The notes: a model not told the origin generated them from the letters alone. 61,304 bases of DNA from Candidatus Rokuibacteriota bacterium (GCA_003220675.1 QHTD01000058.1:1-61304); one strand, 5' to 3'; positions 45,769-55,942 are shown, numbered from the stretch's first letter. Numbers and translations are program-made.

Positions 45769-47075
45769 TGACGCGCTCGCTGACGACGCGCTTCGCCTCC
45801 CTCATGCTCCTCGGGCTCGCATCGCCGGCCGCGGCGGCGCCGATCGCCCATCGCGAGGTTCTGCCGAACGGCATCGTGCTGCTCGTCGCCGAGCGCCCCG
45901 CCGTGCCGATCGTGGCCGTGCGCGCGCTGGTCCAGGCGGGCGCCGTGCACGACCCGCCCGACCGGGCGGGGCTCGCGAACCTCACGGGCGTCCTGCTCAC
46001 GCGCGGAACGACGAAGCGCACGGGGCCCGAGCTCGACTCGGCGATCGAGTTCGTCGGCGGGAGCCTGGAGGCGGGCGCCGGGCGCGACAGCATCGGCGCG
46101 TCGCTCCGCGTCCTCAAGCCAGACCTCGGGCTCGGCCTCGATCTCCTCTCGGAGGTGATCCTGTCGCCCACGTTCCCGCCGGACGAGGTCACGCGGAAGA
46201 TCGGCGAGATCCAGGCCTCCATCAAGCGCTCCGAGGAGGACCCGGGAGCTGTCGCCGCGCGGGCCCTGGCCCGGCTCGTCTTCCCGGGCCACCCCTACGG
46301 CCTCCCGGTGGAGGGCACACGTGAATCCGTGGCGCGGCTCACGCGTGACGACGTGGTGAAGTTCCACCGGGAGCGCTTCCGTCCGGACGCGACGGTCGTC
46401 GCCGTCGTCGGCGCCGTCACCGTCGACGAGGCGCGCCGCGAGGTCTTGGGACGGTTCGGGTCGTGGGCGCGGCCCGCCAGCCCGCTTCCCGGCGTGCCGA
46501 CCGCCTCCGCGGGGCGAGAGCCGCGCGAGGAGGTGATCCCGCGGGACCTGACGCAGGCGACGATCATGTTCGGCCGGCAGGCGATCCGTCAGACCGACCC
46601 GGATTACTTCGCGCTGGTCGTCGCGTCGTACGTGCTCGGCGGCGGCTCGGCCTCACGCCTCTACACGCGGGTCCGCGAGGAAGGCGGCCTCGCGTACAGC
46701 GTGTACAGCTACGTCTCGCCGTCGAAGTACGGCTCGGCGTTCTTCGTGAGTGCCCAGACGAGAATCGCGGAGGTGCCGAAGGTCCGGACCCTCCTCAACG
46801 CGGAGCTCGCGCGCATGACACGCGAGCCCCCGTCCGACGCCGAGCTCTCGCTGGCCAAGGCGTACCTCGTCGGGAGCTTCCCGCTGCGCCTCGACACGTC
46901 CGCGAAGGTCGCCGACTTCGTCTCGGCGATCGAGGAGCTGGGGCTCGGGCTGGACTACGCCGACCGCTACAAGGAGCGCGTTGCGCGCGTGACCGCCCGG
47001 GAGGTCCAGCGCGCCGCCCAGCGGTTCTTCATCCCCGAGACGTTCAACAGGGTCGTGGTCGGGCGGACCCCGTGA
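45768..47075 (+). CDS. M16-family peptidase (non-catalytic partner, no HxxEH)
   Basis: Same fold pattern and length (435 aa) but lacks HxxEH. TGATG overlap with the upstream gene. Confidence 0.85.
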   Translation: MTRSLTTRFASLMLLGLASPAAAAPIAHREVLPNGIVLLVAERPAVPIVAVRALVQAGAVHDPPDRAGLANLTGVLLTRGTTKRTGPELDSAIEFVGGSLEAGAGRDSIGASLRVLKPDLGLGLDLLSEVILSPTFPPDEVTRKIGEIQASIKRSEEDPGAVAARALARLVFPGHPYGLPVEGTRESVARLTRDDVVKFHRERFRPDATVVAVVGAVTVDEARREVLGRFGSWARPASPLPGVPTASAGREPREEVIPRDLTQATIMFGRQAIRQTDPDYFALVVASYVLGGGSASRLYTRVREEGGLAYSVYSYVSPSKYGSAFFVSAQTRIAEVPKVRTLLNAELARMTREPPSDAELSLAKAYLVGSFPLRLDTSAKVADFVSAIEELGLGLDYADRYKERVARVTAREVQRAAQRFFIPETFNRVVVGRTP

Positions 47076-47653
47076 GACGCTCCGGAATCGTCATGCCCGC
47101 GCTCCTCGGTGCGCTGCTCCTGCTACGGCCGATCCCGGCGCTCTCGGCCTCATTCGCGCTGACGCCCGGCGAGCGCGAGGACGCGCTCCGCGTCGGCCAG
47201 CGGTCCGTGACCATCGAGACGTTCGACGCCGAGTGGCGCGTGGCGAACGCGTCGGGCGACAGCGTCACCGTGATGACGCCGTTCCACCGGCTCGTCCTGG
47301 CGGCGCGCCACGCCGCGTTCCGGAACGAGGCGATGAAGCCCGACGAGCCGGAGCGCCTCCTGCGTGAGCAGCGGGACCGCCTCCTGATCTGGGCGTTTTT
47401 TCACGGCCCGCGCGAGGACTTCGCGCGCTTCTACACGCCCCGCCTGCGCCTCGGCGACCGGGAGGTCGAGCCTGCGTTCGTCCAGAACGAGCGGACCGCC
47501 GTGCGCAAGGACGATGGCCGGTACCTCGCCCGGTGCGTCTACGGCTTCGCCACGCGGAACCTCACGGGGACGTCGCGGGTCGCGCTGGTCGTGCGGGACG
47601 CCGACGGCCGCGACGTCGGCTGGTTCACGATCGACCTATCCACGATGCGGTGA
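47072..47653 (+). CDS. hypothetical secreted protein
   Basis: GTGA-overlap start (alternative ATG 47093) and signal peptide ..MPALLGALLLLRPIPALSA. No motif recognised. Confidence 0.55.
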   Translation: MRRSGIVMPALLGALLLLRPIPALSASFALTPGEREDALRVGQRSVTIETFDAEWRVANASGDSVTVMTPFHRLVLAARHAAFRNEAMKPDEPERLLREQRDRLLIWAFFHGPREDFARFYTPRLRLGDREVEPAFVQNERTAVRKDDGRYLARCVYGFATRNLTGTSRVALVVRDADGRDVGWFTIDLSTMR

Positions 47654-47665
47654 GGGGGAGACGCC

Positions 47666-48169
47666 ATGGTCACGAAGGAGCGCTTCAAGCAGGGCATGAC
47701 GTTCCAGCAGTACCTCGATCAGATGGGGACGAACAAGGAGAAGTTCGTCCAGTTCCTGAACGAGATCAAGATCACGCCGGAGGACAAGACGGCGCTCGAC
47801 CGGCACGGTAAGAAGCTCAACGTCCTCGTCATCACCGAGGACTGGTGCGGCGACGCCCTCTACAATCTCCCGGTCATGGCCAAGATGGTCGAGGGCAACC
47901 CGAACATCGAGATGCGCGTCTTCCTGCGGGACAAGAACCCGGACCTCATGGACCAGTACCTGAACCAGGGGATCTACCGGTCGATCCCGGTGTTCGCGTT
48001 CTTCGACGAGAGCATGAACGAGCTCGCCCGCTTCATCGAGCGGCCGCCCGCCCAGACGGAGGAGATCGAGAAGAAAATGCTGGAGGTCCGGCGTGCGCTT
48101 CGCGCCGAGCGCTACCTCGAGTGGCGCGCGGGCGCCGTGAAAGAGATCCGCTCGCTCCTTAAGGTCTAG
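47666..48169 (+). CDS. thioredoxin-fold protein (single-Cys WCGD type)
   Basis: VLVITEDWCGDALYNLP is typical of thioredoxin-like family proteins. SD GAGGGGGAG upstream. Confidence 0.65.
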   Translation: MVTKERFKQGMTFQQYLDQMGTNKEKFVQFLNEIKITPEDKTALDRHGKKLNVLVITEDWCGDALYNLPVMAKMVEGNPNIEMRVFLRDKNPDLMDQYLNQGIYRSIPVFAFFDESMNELARFIERPPAQTEEIEKKMLEVRRALRAERYLEWRAGAVKEIRSLLKV

Positions 48170-48209
48170 CGACACGCGGCCCTGCCCCCTCCCCACGGCG
48201 CGACTGACC

Positions 48210-49130
48210 GTGCAGAGATCGGCTCGTTTCCCGGTCCACGGGTTGCTCGGGGCGGCGGTCATCGTCGGCGCCGAGCTCCTGCTCTTTTCCGGGTCGCAGC
48301 TGGTCGGGCGGTGGTTCACGCCGATCGTCTGGACCGGCTACGTCCTGCTCATGGACGCTGTGGTCGCGCGCGTCACGGGGCGCTCGTACCTCACGACCGA
48401 CCGCGTCGAGGGCGTGCTCGTGGCGCTCACGTCGGTTGGGGGCTGGTGGCTCTTCGAGTGGTACAACGCCCCCCGCTTCTGGCAGGGCGGCGCCGACCTC
48501 GTCGGGGTCTGGTGGCAGTACCACGATGTGGAGCCGAACCTCCTCCTGCGCCGCGTCGGCTACGACTGGGCGTTCGCGACGATCTTCCCCGCGCTGTTCC
48601 TCACGGCGGCGGCGCTCCGCGCGACCGTGTTCACGCGGTCGCGCGTAAGGCCGTGGCGGCCATCGCCGGGTCTCCTCCGCGCCGCTGTCGCCGCCGGCGT
48701 CGTGAGCGTTGTCCTGCCGCTCGCCGTCGTCTCGCCTTGGCTCGTGCCGCTCGTGTGGACCGGCTGGGCGTTGCTCCTCGAGCCCCTGAACTACCGGCGC
48801 GGGCGCCCGTCGTGGCTCGCGGATCTCGCGGCAGGCGACGCCTCGCGCGTGGCGGCCCTCTTTGGGAGCGGCCTCGTGTGCGGTGTCCTCTGGGAGTTCT
48901 GGAACTACTGGGCGCTGACGAAGTGGACCTACACGGTGCCGTACCCGCCCGATGTGAAGCTCTTCGAGATGCCGGTGCTCGGCTACCTGGGCTTCCTGCC
49001 GTTCGCCCTCGAGTGCTTTGCGATGTACCACTTTTGTCGCGGGGTCCTCACGCACGGTTTCAACCGTGGGTGGCCCGACACCGGCACGCCGGTCGCGGCG
49101 CCCGTGTCGCCCGCTGGGCCCCTGCTATAA
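48210..49130 (+). CDS. Trp-rich integral membrane protein, unknown function
   Basis: 306 aa with several hydrophobic helices. Repeated motifs WLFEWYN and LWEFWNY. GTG start. Confidence 0.6.
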   Translation: MQRSARFPVHGLLGAAVIVGAELLLFSGSQLVGRWFTPIVWTGYVLLMDAVVARVTGRSYLTTDRVEGVLVALTSVGGWWLFEWYNAPRFWQGGADLVGVWWQYHDVEPNLLLRRVGYDWAFATIFPALFLTAAALRATVFTRSRVRPWRPSPGLLRAAVAAGVVSVVLPLAVVSPWLVPLVWTGWALLLEPLNYRRGRPSWLADLAAGDASRVAALFGSGLVCGVLWEFWNYWALTKWTYTVPYPPDVKLFEMPVLGYLGFLPFALECFAMYHFCRGVLTHGFNRGWPDTGTPVAAPVSPAGPLL

Positions 49131-49131
49131 T
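49123..49131 (+). promoter_or_regulatory. extended -10 promoter (TGcTATAAT) for qor
   Basis: TGCTATAAT is a perfect TGnTATAAT match. Lies 40 nt upstream of ATG 49171 and overlaps the upstream TAA stop. Confidence 0.45.
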
Positions 49132-49170
49132 CCGCTGCGCTGAGCCAACCCGTTCACGGAGGTCGAGCCC

Positions 49171-50139
49171 ATGAAAGCCGTTCGTATCCACGCTCCCGGC
49201 GGCCCCGAAGTGCTCAAGTACGAGGACGTGCCCGAGCCCCAGCCCAAGGCGGGCGAGGCGGTCGTCAAGGTCGACGCCGCCGGGCTCAACTACATCGACG
49301 TGTATTACCGCTCCGGTCAGTACAAGGCCGAGCTCCCGATGACGCTCGGTCTCGAGGCCGGCGGCACCGTCACGGCGGTCGGTCCGAACGTGACCGAGGT
49401 GCGGGTGGGCGACAAGGTCGCCTACACCGGTGTCGCGGGCGCCTACGCGCAGTACGCTGCCGTCCCCGCGCAGCGCCTGGTCGTCCTGCCGGCCGGCGTC
49501 AGCACCAGGCAGGGCGCGGCGGCGATGCTCCAGGGGATGACCGCGCATTACCTGGCGTGCTCGACCTATCCGTTGAAGCGGGGCGACACATGCCTGGTCC
49601 ACGCGGCAGCGGGCGGCGTGGGGCTGCTCCTGTGCCAGATCGCGAAGATGCGCGGCGCCCGCGTCATTGGCACGGTCTCGACCGAGGCGAAGGCCAAGCT
49701 CGCGCGCGAGGCCGGGGCGGACGAGGTCATCCTCTACACGACACAGGACTTCGAGGCCGAGGTGAAGCGGCTGACGTCCGGCAGGGGCGTGCAGGTCGTC
49801 TACGACTCGGTGGGTAAGACGACGTTCGAGAAGGGGCTCAGCTGCCTGGCGCCGCGCGGGCTGATGGCGCTCTACGGCCAGTCGAGCGGGCCCATCGGCA
49901 CCTTCGATCCCCAGGTTCTGAACCAGAAGGGCTCCCTGTTCCTCACGCGTCCGAGCCTCGTCCACCACGTCGCGACCCGCGAGGAGCTCCTCCAGCGCGC
50001 GGGCGAGGTGCTCGGCTGGATCCGCGACGGCAAGCTCAGGCTGCGGACCGAGTTCGAGTTCCCCCTCAAGGACGCCGCCGAGGCCCACCGGGCCCTGGAA
50101 GGGCGGAAGACGACGGGCAAGGTGCTCCTGATCCCGTGA
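49171..50139 (+). CDS. qor: NADPH:quinone oxidoreductase (zeta-crystallin MDR family)
   Basis: 322 aa with AAAGGVG nucleotide loop and no catalytic zinc ligands. SD ACGGAGG upstream. Confidence 0.85.
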   Translation: MKAVRIHAPGGPEVLKYEDVPEPQPKAGEAVVKVDAAGLNYIDVYYRSGQYKAELPMTLGLEAGGTVTAVGPNVTEVRVGDKVAYTGVAGAYAQYAAVPAQRLVVLPAGVSTRQGAAAMLQGMTAHYLACSTYPLKRGDTCLVHAAAGGVGLLLCQIAKMRGARVIGTVSTEAKAKLAREAGADEVILYTTQDFEAEVKRLTSGRGVQVVYDSVGKTTFEKGLSCLAPRGLMALYGQSSGPIGTFDPQVLNQKGSLFLTRPSLVHHVATREELLQRAGEVLGWIRDGKLRLRTEFEFPLKDAAEAHRALEGRKTTGKVLLIP

Positions 50140-50506
50140 CCGTCGCGCAGCTGCTCGAGGCCGCAGCGCGCGACCACGCGGACCGGACGGCGCTCCTGGT
50201 CGGCGATCGCCGCGCGAGGTCGAGGAGGTGCTCTTCCGCCACGCGGCCGTGAAGGAGGCGGCGGTCGTCGGCGTGCCCGACCCGGTGCGCGGCGAAGCCG
50301 TGAAGGCCTACGTGGTGCTGGAGGAGGGCCGGCGCGTCACACCGGAGGAGCTCCGGAAGATCTGCCACGACGCGATCGCGTCCTACAAAGTCCCCGAGAC
50401 GATCGAGTTCCTCGGCGCGCTCCCCAAGAACCCGACGGGGAAGATCCTCAAGAAGGAGCTCCGCAAGCTCGGGTCGCCGCGAGCGGAACCCCATAGGCTA
50501 GAATGA
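50136..50506 (+). pseudogene. acyl-CoA synthetase (AMP-binding enzyme) relic with a large internal deletion
   Basis: N-terminal ~26 codons ([26 protein letters not shown]) run straight into the C-terminal ~95 codons in another frame (EVEEVLFRHAAVKEAAVVGVPD...ASYKVPE..LPKNPTGKILKKELR). The ~400-aa core is missing. Confidence 0.75.
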
Positions 50507-50522
50507 ATGCGGAGGTGACGCC

Positions 50523-51461
50523 ATGAGGTCCCGAGTCCCGCTCACCCTGATCGTGCTCGCGCTGGTCTCGTGGCTCTTGATCGATGCCGGAGCCGTCTGG
50601 GCCCGCGCGGGGGGCGGCGGCAGCCGCGGCTCGCGCTCGTACTCGGCGCCGGCCCGCCCGCCCCCTGTGGCGCCCGCCAACCCGGCGACTCCGTCGCGCG
50701 GGATCGCCCAGCCAACCCCGCAGCCCGCGCCCCAGCGGCCAGGGTTCTTCGGGAGCCTCATGGGCGGAATCGCCGGCTTCGCGCTCGGCGGCCTCCTCGG
50801 CTCGCTGCTCTTCGGCGGCGGCTTCGGTGGCGGCATCGGACTCCTCGAGATTCTGCTCGTCGTCGTCGGCGTCTTCCTCCTGATGCGGATGATCCGTGGG
50901 CGCCAGAGCGCGCCCGAGCCCGCCTACGCCGGCGCCGGGGCGAGCGCGTACGGGGCGAGCGATCCGGGCGGGTCAGGCGGCGGCGCCGTGGCCGTGGCGA
51001 TTCCGCCGGAGGCGGCCGACCGGGACCGTGGCATCGAGCACATCCAGCAGATGGACCGGGGCTTCGAACCCGACGCGTTCGCGGGCTGGGCCCGGACGGC
51101 GTTCACCGACGTCCAGGCGGCGATCAGCCGTCGGGACATGAGCGCCCTCGCCGATCGCCTGACCCCGCAGGAGTACGCGCGCCTCCAGGCCCAGTGTGAC
51201 CGCCTGCGCGGCGCGCGGCAGACGAACCGGGTCGAACAGATTCGGATCGACCGCGCCGAGGTGACGGAGGCGTGGCAGGAGAGCGGGCAGGACTGGGTCA
51301 CGGTGTACTTCGCCGTCTCGCTCGTCGACTACACGGTGGACGACGCGAGCGGGAACGTTGTGGACGGCTCGCGGACGCGGCAGGACATCGAGGAGTACTG
51401 GACGTTCACGCGCCCGGTCGGAGCCAACCCCTGGCGTCTGTCGGCGATCCAGACGGCGTAG
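50523..51461 (+). CDS. Tim44-like domain membrane protein
   Basis: Signal/TM segment, Gly-rich region, second TM, and a C-terminal Tim44-like pattern (..FEPDAF..A..AF..VQ.A......L...L....Y...). SD GGAGGTGA upstream. Confidence 0.65.
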   Translation: MRSRVPLTLIVLALVSWLLIDAGAVWARAGGGGSRGSRSYSAPARPPPVAPANPATPSRGIAQPTPQPAPQRPGFFGSLMGGIAGFALGGLLGSLLFGGGFGGGIGLLEILLVVVGVFLLMRMIRGRQSAPEPAYAGAGASAYGASDPGGSGGGAVAVAIPPEAADRDRGIEHIQQMDRGFEPDAFAGWARTAFTDVQAAISRRDMSALADRLTPQEYARLQAQCDRLRGARQTNRVEQIRIDRAEVTEAWQESGQDWVTVYFAVSLVDYTVDDASGNVVDGSRTRQDIEEYWTFTRPVGANPWRLSAIQTA

Positions 51462-51483
51462 CCGTCCGCGGCGCTCCGCGGTG

Positions 51484-53103
51484 ATGCGCGCCCTCTGGTG
51501 GACCGTCGGCGTTCTCGTGGTCCTCGGCGTCGTGGCGATCGCCGCGCTCGTCGCGGTCCCGTTCGTGGTAGACACCCCGCGTGTGCAGACGCTAATCGCG
51601 TCCAGCGCGTCGCAGGCGCTCGGCCGCCCAGTGAAGTTCGCGTCCGTCTCGGTCGTGGTCTTCCCGCGGCCGGCCGTCGAGCTGCACGGGCTCGAGGTTG
51701 GTGAGGACCCGCAGTTCGGAACGGCGCCGTTCCTGAGACTCGAGACGGGCCGACTCGCGCTCCGCGTGCGGCCCCTGCTCGGCGGGCGCGTCGAGTTCGG
51801 TGACCTCACGCTCGAGCGGCCGGTCATCGCGCTCATCCAGAACCCCGACGGCCAGCTGAACGTCGCGAGCCTCGGCACTGCCGAGTCGCGGGCGCGCCCC
51901 GGGCGCGGTGCGGGCGGCGCCGTCGGCGGCGGGGCGGGGGCGGCAGGCCTGGCGGCTCGCGTCACGATCGAGAAGGGCGCCGTCACGTACGTCGCCCGCG
52001 GGGGAGGAGGCGCGCTCACGCGGTATCGCGTCGAGGACCTCGACCTGACGCTGACGGCCGGCCCCACGCTCCTCTTCGAGGGCGACGCGCGGGTGAAACC
52101 GGGCGACCTCGCCGTGAAGATCGCCGAGGGGCGCCTCGTGGCGAACGACGCACGGAGCCTCGCCGAAGCCCCGGTGAGCGCGCGCGTGACGGTGGACGGC
52201 AAAGACATCGCCGAGCTGGTCGCGGCCGCCGCAGGCCCGGCGACTTCGGTGAGCGCGCCCATCCGCGGGACGCTCACGCTCGGCGGGACGCTCGGGGCGC
52301 CGAAGGCGGTGGGCACCATGGACTTCGGGAGTCCCAGGATCACGCAGGTCGTGGAGGCATGCCCCGAGCCCAAGCGGCGGACGCTCGCCCTCGGTGCGCT
52401 CCGGCTCAGCGGCGCGGCGTGGGACGACTCGCGCCTCCGCAGTCGGCCGGTGACGGCGAGCCTCGGGGGCGGGACGATCGCGACGAGACTGACGGCGACA
52501 TTCGACCGCGGCGTGCGCGTGGAGCTCGGCGACCTCACGATCAGGGCGCTGCCGGTCGAGAAGGTGCTGGTGGACTTCCTGTGCTTCGGCTACGCGGTGT
52601 CAGGGCCGCTCGACCTCACCGGTGCTCTGGCGTTCGGCGCCGCCGACCTCTGGAACACGCTGTCGGGCACGGGCCGGCTCCGCATCGGGCCGGGGCGCGT
52701 CGTCGGCGCCCAGGCGCTCGCCCTCATCGGCGGGGTCGTGAGCGTCGGCGGCGCGATCTCGTCCCTGCTGCGCGCGGACGTGCCGCCGTCGCTCTTCGCC
52801 TCGCCGCTCGAGTTCGACTCGATCACCGGTACGTACCAGATCGCCAGGGGCATCGTGACGACGCGCGACCTGCGGTACACGAGCCGAGTCATCAAGGTGG
52901 CGGTGGCCGGCGAGTACAGGCCAGCCAGCGGTCGCATGAACCTCGACATGGTCGTCAGCCACGGGCGCGGCGAGGTGACGGCGAGCGTCACGGGCACGGC
53001 GGCCTCGCCCTCCATCAGGGTCGATCCGTCCGCGATCGTCCGCACCATCGACCGGAAGAAGGTCGAGGGCGAGCTCAAGGATCTCCTCAAGCGCTTCCGC
53101 TGA
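51484..53103 (+). CDS. AsmA-family protein
   Basis: N-terminal anchor MRALWWTVGVLVVLGVVAIAAL, followed by a long beta-rich repetitive region and a C-terminal AsmA_2-like end. Confidence 0.7.
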   Translation: MRALWWTVGVLVVLGVVAIAALVAVPFVVDTPRVQTLIASSASQALGRPVKFASVSVVVFPRPAVELHGLEVGEDPQFGTAPFLRLETGRLALRVRPLLGGRVEFGDLTLERPVIALIQNPDGQLNVASLGTAESRARPGRGAGGAVGGGAGAAGLAARVTIEKGAVTYVARGGGGALTRYRVEDLDLTLTAGPTLLFEGDARVKPGDLAVKIAEGRLVANDARSLAEAPVSARVTVDGKDIAELVAAAAGPATSVSAPIRGTLTLGGTLGAPKAVGTMDFGSPRITQVVEACPEPKRRTLALGALRLSGAAWDDSRLRSRPVTASLGGGTIATRLTATFDRGVRVELGDLTIRALPVEKVLVDFLCFGYAVSGPLDLTGALAFGAADLWNTLSGTGRLRIGPGRVVGAQALALIGGVVSVGGAISSLLRADVPPSLFASPLEFDSITGTYQIARGIVTTRDLRYTSRVIKVAVAGEYRPASGRMNLDMVVSHGRGEVTASVTGTAASPSIRVDPSAIVRTIDRKKVEGELKDLLKRFR

Positions 53104-53908
53104 AGCGACCGCCGCCGAGCTTGCCCTCCTCGACCAGGCCGACGAAGAACGCGTAGAGCTGCTCGTACTCTCCGAAGCGCGCCTCGCCCAAGCGCGCGGC
53201 CATGTCACGGCGCATCGCCCGGAGCCTCGCGAGCCGTGCGCGCAGGATCGACCGCCACTCGTCGGAGAGATCCTCGGACTCGACCCCGACGAAGCCGGCC
53301 CGCCCGAGCAGCGCGCGGTAGCCCTCGAGGGACTGGAGCGTCGTGGCCGCCATCCACTCCGCCAGGCGCGCGCGCTCCCGCTCCCCCAAGGTCGCGTGGG
53401 CGATCCAGTCGGTGAAGGCGAGGCGGCCGCCGGGGACGAGGACGCGATGGCAGCCCGCCAGAGCCGCGAGCTTGTCGGCGACGTGCAGGAACGCCTCCTG
53501 GCTCACGCAGGCGTTGAAGCTTCCGTCGCGGAACGGAAGCGCGGTCGCGTCGCCCCTGACGGTGCGGACCTGGCCGTCGAGCCCGACCAGGCGGTTGAGC
53601 CGCGCGGCGCCGGCGGCCCGGCCGGCGTGGTGTTCGAGGGCCAGGACGCGGCAGCGGCGCCGGCTCGCCAGGAAGCGCGCAGGGCCGCCGAGGCCAGCGC
53701 AGACGTCGAGGACGTGGCTTGCCGTCGCGATGCCGGCGCGGCTCGCCAGTTCATCCACCGCCTGGAGACCACCGTAGTGATCCTGGTCGAACTCGAACAG
53801 GTCGTCGGGACTCAGCTGGGAGAGGTCACCCCCGCGCCGCCGGGCGACGGCGGCGAGCACCTCGTGCTCGCTGATCGGGTGGCGGTCGTAGAAGTCGTCG
53901 ACACGCAT
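53087..53908 (-). CDS. class I SAM-dependent methyltransferase
   Basis: Motif I VLDVCAGLGGPARFLA. Start ATG 53908 was chosen so that a 73-nt divergent promoter gap remains; the ORF extends to 54046. Confidence 0.7.
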   Translation of the reverse strand: MRVDDFYDRHPISEHEVLAAVARRRGGDLSQLSPDDLFEFDQDHYGGLQAVDELASRAGIATASHVLDVCAGLGGPARFLASRRRCRVLALEHHAGRAAGAARLNRLVGLDGQVRTVRGDATALPFRDGSFNACVSQEAFLHVADKLAALAGCHRVLVPGGRLAFTDWIAHATLGERERARLAEWMAATTLQSLEGYRALLGRAGFVGVESEDLSDEWRSILRARLARLRAMRRDMAARLGEARFGEYEQLYAFFVGLVEEGKLGGGRFSGSA

Positions 53909-53981
53909 GCGCGTGGCTTGAAGCGCCTGGCGACGTATGATAAAAGCAAACCGTTCCGACCACACCGCGGCGAGGGGAGCC

Positions 53982-55112
53982 ATGAGCAGCGAAGTCAAAG
54001 GCGGCCTCGAAGACGTCGTCGTCTCCACGTCGGCCATCTGTTTCATCGACGGGCAGAAGGGCCGGCTCCTCTACCGCGGCTTTGATATCGACGACCTCGT
54101 CGAGCATTCCTCCTTCGAAGAGGTGGTCTACCTTCTGTGGCACGGCGCGCTGCCGAGCCGCAAGGAGCTCGACGCCCACGTCAAGGTGCTCTCGGCCACG
54201 GCCACCCGGAAGCTGCCCCCCGGGCTGATCGTCCTGCTCCGCGCGCTGCCGAAGAAGACGACGCCGATGGAGGTGCTGCGCACGGGCGTGTCGGCCCTCT
54301 CGGCCTTCGATCCCGACGCCGCGGACAACTCGCGTGAGGCGACGGCGCGCAAGGCGGTGCGGCTCACGGCGCAGATCCCGACGCTGGTGGCGGCGTGGGA
54401 GCGGATCCGCCGCGGCAAGCCGCTGGTGGCGCCGAACCCGAAGCTATCGCTGGCGGCGAACTTTCTCGCGATGCTGCGCGGGGGCGCGGCGACGGCGCTG
54501 GAGGTGAAGACCTTCGACGTCGCGCTCATGCTCCACGCCGACCACGAGTTCAATGCCTCCGCGTTCGCCGCGCGGGTGACGGCGGCGACCATGTCCGACC
54601 TGCACTCGGCGATCACCTCGGCGATCGGGGCGCTCAAGGGGCCGCTGCACGGGGGGGCCAACGAGCAGGTGATGCGGATGGTGGAGCAGATCGGGGCCCC
54701 GGAGCGGGCCGAGGGGTGGATTCGGAAGGCGCTGGCCGACAAGGCGCGCGTGATGGGGTTTGGGCACCGCGTCTACCGCGTGGAGGACCCGCGGGCCAAG
54801 CATCTGCGGCGGCTGGCGTTGGAGCTGGGCCAGCAGGCGGGCAACACGCGGTACGTGGAGATTCTGAACACGGTGGCCCGCGTGGTGAGCCAGGAGAAGC
54901 ACATCTACCCGAACGTGGACCTCTACTCGGGGGCCGCGTACAAGTCGATGGGGATTCCGACGGACCAGTTCACGCCGATCTTCGCGATCAGCCGGGTCGC
55001 CGGGTGGGCCGCGCACGTCATGGAGCAGCACGCCAACAACCGGCTGATCCGCCCGCGCGCGGAGTACACCGGCCCGACACACGCCACGTACGTCCCGATC
55101 GATCGCCGCTAG
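53982..55112 (+). CDS. citrate synthase (short, CitZ/archaeal-type; could be 2-methylcitrate synthase)
   Basis: HADHEFNAS and GFGHRVY motifs. ATG 53982 with SD GAGGGGAG. Confidence 0.9.
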   Translation: MSSEVKGGLEDVVVSTSAICFIDGQKGRLLYRGFDIDDLVEHSSFEEVVYLLWHGALPSRKELDAHVKVLSATATRKLPPGLIVLLRALPKKTTPMEVLRTGVSALSAFDPDAADNSREATARKAVRLTAQIPTLVAAWERIRRGKPLVAPNPKLSLAANFLAMLRGGAATALEVKTFDVALMLHADHEFNASAFAARVTAATMSDLHSAITSAIGALKGPLHGGANEQVMRMVEQIGAPERAEGWIRKALADKARVMGFGHRVYRVEDPRAKHLRRLALELGQQAGNTRYVEILNTVARVVSQEKHIYPNVDLYSGAAYKSMGIPTDQFTPIFAISRVAGWAAHVMEQHANNRLIRPRAEYTGPTHATYVPIDRR

Positions 55113-55147
55113 CGGTGGATCGGAGCAGCCGCGCTTCGAGCGCGGGC
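55110..55147 (+). repeat. stop-codon-plus-hairpin module, copy 2
   Basis: See 7523-7560: 31/38 identity including 20 exact nt. It starts at the TAG of citrate synthase and ends 10 nt before the GT2 start. Confidence 0.7.
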
Positions 55148-55156
55148 ACACCGCGC

Positions 55157-55942
55157 GTGGGCCTCGTGATGTGCGTCTTCAACGGGCTCGAGGACACGCG
55201 GGCCTGTCTCGAGAGCCTCCGCGCCACGACCGAACCGTTCCGGCTGGTCGTCATGGACAACGGCTCCACGGACGGGACGCCCGAGTTCTTCGAGCGCTTC
55301 CCGTACCCGTACCCGCTGACCTTCGCGCGGAGCCCGGCCAACGACGGCGTGATCGCGGCGCTCAACCGCGCCTGGCGGCTCGCCGACACGGAGGTCCTCT
55401 GCTTTCTCCACAACGACACGGAGCTGCTCGACCCGGCGTGGCTCTCACGGCTCCTCAGGGCCCTCGCCGAGCCCGGCGCCGGGCTCGCGGGCTTCTACGG
55501 CGCCAAGCGGCTGCGCGCCGACGGCCGGGCGGTAGGCCGGACGATCGTCCATAGCCTGGCGCCCGCGCCGACGGTCCGAGCGCCGTGGGAGGACGTGGCC
55601 TTCGTCGACTCGGTCTGCATGTGCCTGCCACGCGACCTCGTGGAGGCGATGGGCGGGTTCGACGAAGGCTACGGCTTCTACCACGGCCACGACCGCGACA
55701 TCTCGCTCGCGGTCCTGGAGCGCGGGCGGCGCTGCCTCGTGGTCCACGCACCGTTCCGCCACCACGGCGGGGGAACCCGGACGCGCGATTTCACCCGAGA
55801 CCCGGCGCGGCAGCGGGCCGACCTCGCGATGCGGGACGCGGCGCTCGTGCGCTTCACGCAGAAGTGGCATCATCGTCTGCCGTGCGACGTGCGCTCCGCG
55901 CGCCAGCGGGTGGGCGATTGGTTTCGGACGAAGCTCGCGTGA
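55157..55942 (+). CDS. family 2 glycosyltransferase
   Basis: VVMDNGSTDGT and a later acidic motif (HNDTE). Start is ambiguous (GTG 55157, GTG 55166 or ATG 55169). Confidence 0.75.
   Translation: MGLVMCVFNGLEDTRACLESLRATTEPFRLVVMDNGSTDGTPEFFERFPYPYPLTFARSPANDGVIAALNRAWRLADTEVLCFLHNDTELLDPAWLSRLLRALAEPGAGLAGFYGAKRLRADGRAVGRTIVHSLAPAPTVRAPWEDVAFVDSVCMCLPRDLVEAMGGFDEGYGFYHGHDRDISLAVLERGRRCLVVHAPFRHHGGGTRTRDFTRDPARQRADLAMRDAALVRFTQKWHHRLPCDVRSARQRVGDWFRTKLA

Noticed and set aside
53909-54046. Longer start (ATG 54046) for the methyltransferase at 53087.
   Set aside because: It would overlap the citrate synthase start and remove any divergent promoter space, and the extension has no features. It cannot be excluded without homologue alignment.
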